Assembly (NCBI GenBank): GCA_964202905.1
Contig: CAXNJO010000008.1
Location: 1 to 64,000 of the forward strand
DNA length: 64,000 nt
Direction of reading: 5' to 3'
DNA from: Polyangiales bacterium
GTDB lineage: Bacteria; Myxococcota_A; Polyangia; Polyangiales; JADJQN01
Below the pieces are notes generated by a model. The model made no database searches and was not told where the DNA came from. It saw only the letters and a list, made by a program, of their open reading frames with translations. The number at the start of each line of letters is the position of its first letter. Within the stretch, counting starts at the first letter, position 1. Shown in pieces: positions 56,356 to 64,000 of the stretch. The position numbers and the translations under genes are program-made.

Positions 56356-56371
56356 GCGCGCCCCGGGCGAC

Positions 56372-57361
56372 GTGACCGCGCCCATCGCCCTGCTCCTCGA
56401 CGCCTCCGCGAGCGGCGAGCGCCTCGACAAGGTGCTCGCCGCGCTCGTTCCGTCGGCCTCGCGCGCCACGTTGCAGCGCTGGATCACCGAGGGGCGCGTC
56501 ACCGTCGACGGCGCGCCCGCGCGGGTCAGCGCGAAGGCGAGGGCCGGGCAGCGGGTCGTCGTCACGCCGGCGCCCGCGCCGCCCGGCGACGCCCTGCCCG
56601 AGGACATCCCGCTGACGGTGCTCTTCGAGGACGCGGATCTCCTCGTCCTCGACAAGCCCGCGGGCCTCGTCGTGCATCCCGCGGCCGGGCATCCGGACGG
56701 GACGCTCGTGAACGCGGTGCTGCACCACACGCGCATCGAGGTCCCGACGGACGACGCGCTCGACGACGACGCGGGCCCTGACTCCGAGGCGCCCGGACAC
56801 GCGGGCCCCGAGCCCGTCTCGCGGCCCGGCATCGTGCACCGCCTCGACAAGGACACGAGCGGCGTGATGGTCGTCGCCAAGACGCTCCGCGCGCGTGACG
56901 GCCTCGTGCGCGTCTTCGCGGCGCACGCGCTCGAGCGTCGCTACCTCGCCATCGCGACGGGCGCGCCGCCCGACGCCGTCACCTACGACACGCTCCACGC
57001 GCGTCACCCCACCGATCGGAAGCGCTTCACGAGCCGCGCGCTCCGCGGCAAGCGCGCGATCACGCACGTCGCGGTGCGCGAGCGCCTGCATGGCGCGGCG
57101 CTCGTCGTGTGTCGCCTCGAGACGGGGCGCACGCATCAGATCCGCGTGCACCTCGCGGACGCGGGCTTCGCGCTCCTCGGCGACCGCGTCTATGGGCGCC
57201 CGCCGCGCGACGCGCACGTGCGGGCCGCGGGGGAGGCGCTCTCCCGCCAGGCGCTTCATGCGGCGTCGCTCGCGTTCGCGCACCCGGTGAGCGGCGCGCC
57301 GTTGCGCTTCGAGTCCGCGCCGCCCGAGGACTTCGCCGCCGCGCTCGCGGCCCTGCGCTGA
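56372..57361 (+). CDS. rluD: RluA-family pseudouridine synthase with S4 domain (RluD-like)
   Basis: RLDKVLA S4 domain, KPAGLVVHP, RPGIVHRLDKDTSG, GRTHQIRVH, RQALHA. Confidence 0.9.
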   Translation: MTAPIALLLDASASGERLDKVLAALVPSASRATLQRWITEGRVTVDGAPARVSAKARAGQRVVVTPAPAPPGDALPEDIPLTVLFEDADLLVLDKPAGLVVHPAAGHPDGTLVNAVLHHTRIEVPTDDALDDDAGPDSEAPGHAGPEPVSRPGIVHRLDKDTSGVMVVAKTLRARDGLVRVFAAHALERRYLAIATGAPPDAVTYDTLHARHPTDRKRFTSRALRGKRAITHVAVRERLHGAALVVCRLETGRTHQIRVHLADAGFALLGDRVYGRPPRDAHVRAAGEALSRQALHAASLAFAHPVSGAPLRFESAPPEDFAAALAALR

Positions 57362-57366
57362 GGCGC

Positions 57367-58014
57367 TCAGGTCGTCTGTTTGAGGAGAAACTTCGCGTTT
57401 GCGAACATGTCGATGTTCGTGAAGACGCAGAAGGTCTCCTTCGCCTTCGAGCCGCGGACGGCCTCGACGACCCGCTCGAGCGTGGTCTCCTCGTAGCGCG
57501 AGCGGTGCCCCGCGGGGCCGTGGAGCCGGAGGTACAGCAGCGATGCCTTCGCGGGGTAGGGGCCCGTGAGGGGGTTGTAGGCGGCGTGCGCGCCGGCGTC
57601 GCCGACGGCGCTCGCGATCTCCTCGCCCTGCCAGGAGGGCAGATCGAAGACGACCGGCGGCAGCCCGCGGGGCAGCGCTTCGGCGAAGGCCTTGAGCTGC
57701 GCGCGTGCGATGCGCGTGGGCAGCAGCTCCGGTGGCGCCGCGAACACGAGCGCGCGCGCGCCGAGCGTGCGGGCGACGGCCGCGACCTCGACGAGGCCCG
57801 GGGCGGCCTTGCCCTTCTCCGCGAAGCCGTTGGCCGCGATGCCCTTCGGCGCGAGGACGGTGAAGCCGTAGCCCTCGGGCGCCTCGCGCAGCCAGCGGCG
57901 CAAGGTGCCTGCGCCGGGGACCGCCGTCTCGGTGTCGGAGATCTCCACCGCGGGGAGCTCCGCCCAGTAGCGGCTGACGGGCACGGGGAAACCGGAGCAC
58001 GCGACGAGCTTCAT
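57367..58014 (-). CDS. DUF72 domain protein (short, divergent)
   Basis: AVEI, RRW…P.GY.FTV.AP, YLRLHG, CVFTN. Confidence 0.75.
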   Translation of the reverse strand: MKLVACSGFPVPVSRYWAELPAVEISDTETAVPGAGTLRRWLREAPEGYGFTVLAPKGIAANGFAEKGKAAPGLVEVAAVARTLGARALVFAAPPELLPTRIARAQLKAFAEALPRGLPPVVFDLPSWQGEEIASAVGDAGAHAAYNPLTGPYPAKASLLYLRLHGPAGHRSRYEETTLERVVEAVRGSKAKETFCVFTNIDMFANAKFLLKQTT

Positions 58015-58128
58015 GGATCCGCGGACTATACCGGACATCGTCGCTGCGCGGCGCGCTCATCCATTCCCTACGTCGCCGGTGCGCGCGCGCGCATCCGCCG
58101 CGCGGCGCATGCTGCTAGCATCGGGCGC

Positions 58129-59877
58129 GTGCCCCCGCCCCCCGCGCGCCTGCCGCGGTCCGCGCCCTTGGCCTGCGTGCTCGCCCTGCTGGGCGTGGCC
58201 TCGGCGCACCTCGGCGTCGCGCGCGCGCAGGCGCCCGAGGGGCTCGATCCGCAGCTCTTCGTGCTGCCCGCCGCGGGGGGCACGACGTTCACGATCGATC
58301 GTCCCTCGGTGCCGCGGCACCTGAGCGTCGTCGCCGGGCTCGGCGTGCACTACGCGCACGCGCCGCTCGTCCGCGCGAACGCCGATGGCACGACCACGCC
58401 GGTCGTGGCCGGGCTCGCGCAGGCGGACGCGCTCTTCGCGGTCGGCTTCTTCGAGCGCGTGGAGCTCGGCGTCGCGATGCCGATTGCGCTCGGCGACGTC
58501 GCGCGTGACGCGGGGGCGACGCCGATCGAGCGCGCGTGGCGGCTCGCGCCCGGTGACCTGCGCCTCTCCGCGAAGGTGCCGCTGCTGCGCGGCGACTTCG
58601 CGCTCGCCGCGCGCGGCGTGTTCACGCTGCCGACAGGCGACGCACGACGCTTTCTCGGTGCGCCCTACTGGACGGCGACGCCCGAGGTCGTCGCGTCGGT
58701 CGCGCTCGGCGACCTCACGCTGGCCGCGCAGCTCGGCTATCGACTGCGGCGCCGCACGGCGCTCGGCGGTCTCGAGCACGACGATGAGCTGCACGTCGCG
58801 TTCGGCGCGGCGTGGGCGCTCTCGACGCAGTTCGCGCTCATCGCGGAGTCCCAGCTCCGCGTGGGGCTCGGGGGCCGCACGCTCGCTGCGGGTGAGTCGC
58901 CGATGGAGGCGGACGTCGGCGTCCGTTGGCGCGTCGGCGGTGTCACCGTGGAGGCGGGCGCGGGGACGGGCGTGCTCGCGGGCTACGGCGCGCCCGTCGC
59001 GCGCGCGTTCACGGTCGTGCGTTACCAGAGCGAGCGGGCGCCGTGCGCAGCCGGTCCGGAAGACTTCGACGGCTTCGAAGACGGGGACTTCTGCGCCGAC
59101 GCCGACAACGACGCGGACGGCGTGCCCGACGACGCGGACGAGTGCCCGAACGACGCCGAGGACGCGGACGGCTTCCTCGACGCCGATGGCTGCCCCGATC
59201 CGGACAACGACGCCGACGGCGCGCTCGACGCGCGCGACGGCTGCCCGACCGTCAGCGAAGACCGCGACGGCTTCCGCGACGAAGACGGCTGCCCTGAGGG
59301 CGACAACGACGAGGACGGCCTCGCTGACGGCCTCGACGACTGCCCGATGGAGCCCGAGGACCGCGACCAGTTCCAGGACGACGACGGCTGCCCCGAGCCC
59401 GGTCCGCGCGCCGCCACGGTCACCGTGACCGACACGCGCATCCTGATCTCGGAGCGCATCTATTTCGATTTCGACCGCGACACGATCCGCAGCGTGTCGA
59501 TGCCGCTCCTGGATCAGGTCGCCTCGGTGATGGCGGACATCCCTGCCGGGCGGCGCGTGCGCGTCGAGGGCTACTCCGACAACCAGGGCGAGGAGCGTTA
59601 CAACGTCGACCTCTCCTACCGCCGTGCGCGCTCGGTCGTCGAGTACCTCGCGAGCCGCGGCGTCGCGCGCGCGCGCCTCGACTACGCGGGGTACGGCAGC
59701 CGTCAGCCCGTCGCGCCGAACGACACCGCCGACGGCCGCGCGCTCAACCGTCGTGTCGAGTTCACCATCCTGGATGAGGGTAGCGAGGCGCAGGGGCGCG
59801 GCGCAGCGCCCGCGGGCACGGTGCCCGCGCGGCGACGGGAGCGACGCCGCGGCGGCTCGCCCCGCGCGACGGAGTAG
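58129..59877 (+). CDS. OmpA-family outer-membrane protein with thrombospondin type-3 repeats
   Basis: Signal peptide, beta-barrel, EDxDGFxDxDGCP repeats, IYFDFD, EGYSD, LSYRRA, NRRVEF. Confidence 0.92.
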   Translation: MPPPPARLPRSAPLACVLALLGVASAHLGVARAQAPEGLDPQLFVLPAAGGTTFTIDRPSVPRHLSVVAGLGVHYAHAPLVRANADGTTTPVVAGLAQADALFAVGFFERVELGVAMPIALGDVARDAGATPIERAWRLAPGDLRLSAKVPLLRGDFALAARGVFTLPTGDARRFLGAPYWTATPEVVASVALGDLTLAAQLGYRLRRRTALGGLEHDDELHVAFGAAWALSTQFALIAESQLRVGLGGRTLAAGESPMEADVGVRWRVGGVTVEAGAGTGVLAGYGAPVARAFTVVRYQSERAPCAAGPEDFDGFEDGDFCADADNDADGVPDDADECPNDAEDADGFLDADGCPDPDNDADGALDARDGCPTVSEDRDGFRDEDGCPEGDNDEDGLADGLDDCPMEPEDRDQFQDDDGCPEPGPRAATVTVTDTRILISERIYFDFDRDTIRSVSMPLLDQVASVMADIPAGRRVRVEGYSDNQGEERYNVDLSYRRARSVVEYLASRGVARARLDYAGYGSRQPVAPNDTADGRALNRRVEFTILDEGSEAQGRGAAPAGTVPARRRERRRGGSPRATE

Positions 59878-59955
59878 GGCGCAGCCGGGCGGGCCGAGCC
59901 GGGCGCGTCAGGGGAGCGCGCGGCGGCCCGCCGCGTCAGGCGCTTCGCGCGAAGA

Positions 59956-60813
59956 TCAGGGTCCGACGACGTCGCGGAAGGCGTCGGCGGGGTCGGCGCG
60001 GCGCTCGAACGGCGAGCCGATCACGCCGGGCTCGACGGGGAACGCCGGGCGCAGCGCGACGAGCGCGCCGCCGAGCGCGAGGAGCGCGAGCAGGCCCACG
60101 ACGAGCGCGCGCGTCGCACGGCCGCGCACGCCCTCGGGCGTCGGCGGGCGCGCGACCAACATGCCGAGGACGAACCCCATCGCGAAGCCGCCCGCGTGCG
60201 CCCAGCCCGAGATCATGGGTATGGCGAAAGAGATGAGCGCGTTGAGCAGCACGAACTGCACGAGCTGCCCGCGCATCGAGCGCAGGAACGGCGCGGGCAC
60301 GCGCCGACGTTGCACGAGCAGGTAGCCGCCGAGCGCGCCGAACACGCCGAACACCGCGCCGGACGCGCCGACGAGCGGCGCCGTGGGGCCGAAGGCGAGG
60401 GCGGTCATCGCGCCGGCGAGCCCGCTCACGACGTAGACGACGAGGTACGAGACGTTGCCGAAGAGGCGCTCGCCGAGGCGCCCGCCGAGCCAGAGCACGT
60501 ACATGTTCGAGCCGACGTGCAGCACGCCCGCGTGCACGAAGGTCGAGGTCAGCAGGCGCCAGGGCTCGCCGTGCACGACCTTCGGTCCGTACGCGGCGCC
60601 CCAGCGGAGCAGGTCCATGCCGCTCGGGGCGAGCGGCGAGACGCCGAACGCGCCGACCTGCGCGGCGAACACCGCGACGTTGGCGAGCACGAGGGCGAGC
60701 GTGACCCAGAGGCGGGGCGTCGCGCGGTGCAGGGCGCGCGCGAAGTCCTCGATCGCGGCGTCGTCGGCGGGGGGAGCGAGCCGGGTGATGGGCGGGGGGC
60801 GATGGTCGGTCAC
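59956..60813 (-). CDS. Rhomboid family intramembrane serine protease
   Basis: WRLLTSTFVH, HVGSN, GASGAVFG, AHAGG. Confidence 0.92.
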   Translation of the reverse strand: MTDHRPPPITRLAPPADDAAIEDFARALHRATPRLWVTLALVLANVAVFAAQVGAFGVSPLAPSGMDLLRWGAAYGPKVVHGEPWRLLTSTFVHAGVLHVGSNMYVLWLGGRLGERLFGNVSYLVVYVVSGLAGAMTALAFGPTAPLVGASGAVFGVFGALGGYLLVQRRRVPAPFLRSMRGQLVQFVLLNALISFAIPMISGWAHAGGFAMGFVLGMLVARPPTPEGVRGRATRALVVGLLALLALGGALVALRPAFPVEPGVIGSPFERRADPADAFRDVVGP

Positions 60814-61574
60814 TCGTCAGGGTCCTCGATCTTCCACACGCCACCCTCGCGGCGGAGGCGGGCGAGGCGCCGTCCGCCCTCGCCGTAGCGGAGCGTCGCG
60901 TGGTCGCCGATCTCTTCGAGCGGCGCGTCGAGCGACGCGCGCAGCGCCGCGATCAGACGGGCCGTCTCTTCGCGGGCTTCCACCGAGAAGGCGGTGCGCA
61001 TGCGCGCCTCGCTCATCCCCGTGCGGTCGGCTTCGGGCACGAAGCGCAGCACGACGTCGTAGCGCTCACGCTCCATCGCGCGCACGAACGCGCGCAGCGC
61101 CGCGCGCGGGGTGGACTGGTCGTAGAAGTCCGCGAGGTTGGTGGCGATGCGCCAGTCGGCGCCGTCGCGCACGAGGGCCACCGTGTCGCCGTCGGCGAGC
61201 TGCACCTCGGCCCGCTGCGCGGCGGCGCCGTCCCGCTGCGCGAGCGCGGCGGCGGCCTCGCGCGCCTCGGCGGGGTTCTCCGCGAGGTGCCGGGCGAACT
61301 CCGCGCGTGAGACGCGGCGGCGATGGGCCTCGGACATGAGCGCGTAGGCCCCGTCCGCGTCGCCGACGCGGAGCGCACGCGCGAAGGCGTCGACGACGTC
61401 TTCCGGAGCGCGTCCCGCGGCGGCGCCGCCACACGCCGCGAGCGCACCGACGAGCAGCGCTGTCACAACCAGGCGGACGACGCGTCGTGGCACCGGCAGG
61501 AGGGCGACGCGGGCCCGTGCTCGCCGCGGGGGGACACCGCCACGCGCCCCCGCCCCTCTGCCCGTGTCGCGCAT
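60810..61574 (-). CDS. Hypothetical lipoprotein with two NTF2-like repeats (start uncertain)
   Basis: Lipobox ALAAC, PEDVVDAFARAL…LVRDGADWRI, TPRAALRAFVRAMER…LRREGGVWKI. Confidence 0.7.
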   Translation of the reverse strand: MRDTGRGAGARGGVPPRRARARVALLPVPRRVVRLVVTALLVGALAACGGAAAGRAPEDVVDAFARALRVGDADGAYALMSEAHRRRVSRAEFARHLAENPAEAREAAAALAQRDGAAAQRAEVQLADGDTVALVRDGADWRIATNLADFYDQSTPRAALRAFVRAMERERYDVVLRFVPEADRTGMSEARMRTAFSVEAREETARLIAALRASLDAPLEEIGDHATLRYGEGGRRLARLRREGGVWKIEDPDE

Positions 61575-61694
61575 CGCCCCGTTTCCTAGCAGAAAGCGCG
61601 CACGGCGGGGGCATCGCGCGCGGCGTGGCCCGTGGCTCGGGGCGGCGCGCAGCCTTTGCAGCGCACGATCCACGGGCTGCTAGTCTCGGCGCCC

Positions 61695-64000
61695 GTGGAC
61701 GACTCCCAGGGCACCCACTCGCGCGGACTCGACGCCCGTCTGCTCCGCTTCCGCTCGCGCGCGGAGGGCGAGGCTGCTGCGCCGCTCGCGCAGGATCTGC
61801 TCGCGGCCGGGCGCGCGCAGGAGGCGCTCGAGGTCGTCGCCGCGGGCCTGCGTCAGTCGCCCGGCGACCCGCTGCTGCTGCGCGTCGAGGGGCAGGCGTG
61901 GCTCGCCGAGGGCCAGCACGCGCGCGCGCAGGTGGCGCTCGTCGCGGCGGGGAAGGCGGCTCCCCGGGACCCGGAGGTGTTCCGCGCGCTCGGGGAGGTG
62001 CTGCTCGCGCGTGGCGACTCCGTCCGCGCGGCGAAGGTGCTCGAGCGCGCCGCGGCGCTCGCGCCGGGCGATCGGGCTCTCGCGCAGCTCGTCTGAGCGC
62101 GCGGCACGGGGCAGCGCGCCGACGCGGCGCTGGCCGAGCCGCCGCCGCGCGTGGCCGAGCCGCCGCCGCGCGTGGCCGAGCCGCCGACGCGCGTGGCCGA
62201 GCCGCCGCCGCGCGTGTCTGCGTGGTCCGTGTCTGCGCCGCCCGCCGGAGCGGTCCCGTTCCCCGCCGATTGGCTCTCCCCGGATGCGCACGCGCGCGCC
62301 GAAGACGCCGCGGTGTCGTTCGACGACGAGAGCGAGCGCACCTTCGTCGCCGACCCCGCACGTTTGCGCGCCGCGCTCGAAGACGACGCGCGCCTTGCCC
62401 GCGCGGAGGCCGCCTCGCGTGCGGGCGACGCGACGCCGGTTGCGCCCCCTGCGCGCCCCTCCATCGGCGTGACGCCGGTCGCGCCGCCCGCGTCGGCGCC
62501 GGTCGCGCCGTCATCGTCCGACGCCTCGACGTCGACGCCATCCGTCGCGTCGCCGCGCGCGCCGCGCCCCGCGCTTCCCCGTCCCGTGCCGCTGCCCGCC
62601 GCGCGGCCGCGTGCGGAGGCTCCCGTCGCCCCGTCGACCTCGACGCGCCCGCTCGCATCGCACGCGGAACTGCCCGATTTCACGGAGGATCCGCCCGCGG
62701 ATCCGGACGCAGCGCCCAAGCCGCCGGTCTCGACCGGCGAGTCCCCCGCGCCGCCGGTCGTGCGGGGGGCCGCGTCCGACGCCCTGGCGTCGTTCCTCGC
62801 GCCGCCCGACGCGCCGCCCGTGCCGCCATCGGCGTCGTCCGAGGGGAGCGAGACGCAGTGGGCGCCCCACGAGGCATCGACCGCCGCCCCCGCTGCGCCG
62901 CACATCGACCCGTCGGAGCGCCCCGGCGCGCCGCGCCTCGTCGCGCCGCCGCCGGCGTCGCTGCCGGACTCGTCGGAGGCATCGACGCCCGTCCCGCTGG
63001 ACGTGCCGCTGGACGCGCCGCCGGTGCGCGTCGCCGAATCGCCCGCGGCGCAGCCTCCCCATGCGCCGCCGACGACGGAGGCGTCCGTCTCGCCGCCGCT
63101 CGCGCTCGAGCAGACCGTCGACGCGGCGGCGAAGCGCGGGCGCGGCGGTCCCAGACTCGCCATCGTCGCCGGGGTGTTGCTCGTGCTCGGTGGCGCGGGC
63201 GGGCTTGGCGGTTGGCGCTACCTCGCCGTGCGTCGGGGGACCGCGGCGGCGCTCGTCGCGACCGCGCGCGGGGAGGCGATCGACGGTGACGGTGCCTCGC
63301 TCGCCGACGCCGAGCGGCACCTGCGCGAGGCGGTCGCGCTCGACGCGGCCGATCCCGAAGGGGCCCGGATCGCCTCGTTCGTCGCGACGCAGCGCGCCCT
63401 CGAGGACGGCGCACCCGACGCGGCGGCCCTCCGCGTGGCGATCACCGACGCGCGGCGCGCGGGGGCCGCGTCCGCGTGGCTCGACGCCGCGGACGCGGTG
63501 CTGGCGACGATCGAAGGCCGCGTCGACGACGCGCGCCGCCTGCGCGACGCGGCGCTCCGCGCACAGCCGCGCGACGCCGCGACCCTCTACGTGGCTGGGC
63601 GGATCGGCCAGCAGCTCGGCGAACCCGACGCCGCCGCGCGCCTCGCCGAGGCCGTCTCTGCGGCCGATGCGCCGGCCGCCGCGCGCCTCGCGCTCGCCGA
63701 GGCGCGGCTCGATCAGGGCGACTCGGCCGCCGCCGTGCGGCTCGTCGACGAGGTGCTCGCCCTGCGCGCCACGCACCTGCGCGCGCTGCTCTGGCGGGGG
63801 CTGCTCGGCGCCGGGGATACGGAGCCCGCCACCGCGCTCACCGCGCTCTCGGGCCTCGATGCGCGCGTCGCGCAGGCCGCGCAGGCGGATCGGGTCCTCG
63901 CCGCGCTCGCCGCCGCGCGGCAGCGCCTCCGCGCGGGGGACCTCGAGACCGCGGGCGCCTCGATCGACCGCGCGCTCGGGGTCGGCGTGCGGGACCCGCG
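61695..64000 (+). CDS. Large TPR/Pro-rich membrane protein, 3' partial, with in-frame TGA at 62094
   Basis: N-terminal TPRs, a Pro-rich linker, a TM near 63160-63230, then TPR-like helices. The same frame resumes after TGA 62094-96 and appears open to the window end. Confidence 0.7.
62131..62216 (+). repeat. Four tandem 21-bp repeats encoding AEPP[PT]RV
   Basis: TGGCCGAGCCGCCGCCGCGCG x4, one mismatch. Confidence 0.9.

Noticed and set aside
59060..59400. Repetitive GAC-rich DNA
   Set aside because: Explained by the coding TSP3 calcium-binding repeats of the OmpA protein.
62094..62096. Selenocysteine recoding of the in-frame TGA
   Set aside because: The context is not a redox motif, no bacterial SECIS-like hairpin was recognised, and local indel errors explain it more simply.

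Overview
This 64 kb window is very GC-rich and looks like core chromosome of a myxobacterium (Myxococcota, probably Polyangiales/Sandaracinaceae-like). That assignment is inferred from the Cys-rich DAG-linker lipoproteins, the zinc-ribbon Ser/Thr kinase and the TSP3-OmpA protein. From left to right it holds: a tryptophan/anthranilate-type CoA catabolic cluster (ACAD, crotonase, RidA, aryl-CoA ligase, creatininase-family enzyme, TDO); pdhA-lpdA-lipB; a thiolase coupled to an unusual RlmC/D-type m5U methyltransferase-RluA-type pseudouridine synthase fusion; and beta-oxidation genes. Next comes a lower-GC accessory islet (~24.5-31.5 kb) with a Cys-rich/RCC1 surface-protein gene broken by two IS3-family elements, a TIR/NDT-like protein, a nucleotidyltransferase plus small partner, and an orphan Rpn C-terminus. 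The rest is GH57-dapA-dapB, a zinc-ribbon/kinase/propeller operon, queA-tgt, purH-purD separated by a 5 x 17-bp repeat array, DUF1015-rluD, OmpA, rhomboid and a partial TPR gene. About a dozen single-base indels split otherwise intact genes, most likely long-read assembly errors. Many transcription units appear leaderless (TANNNT 6-9 nt before the start codon). No rRNA, tRNA or CRISPR array was recognised. All product calls come from motif recognition by eye, not database searches.
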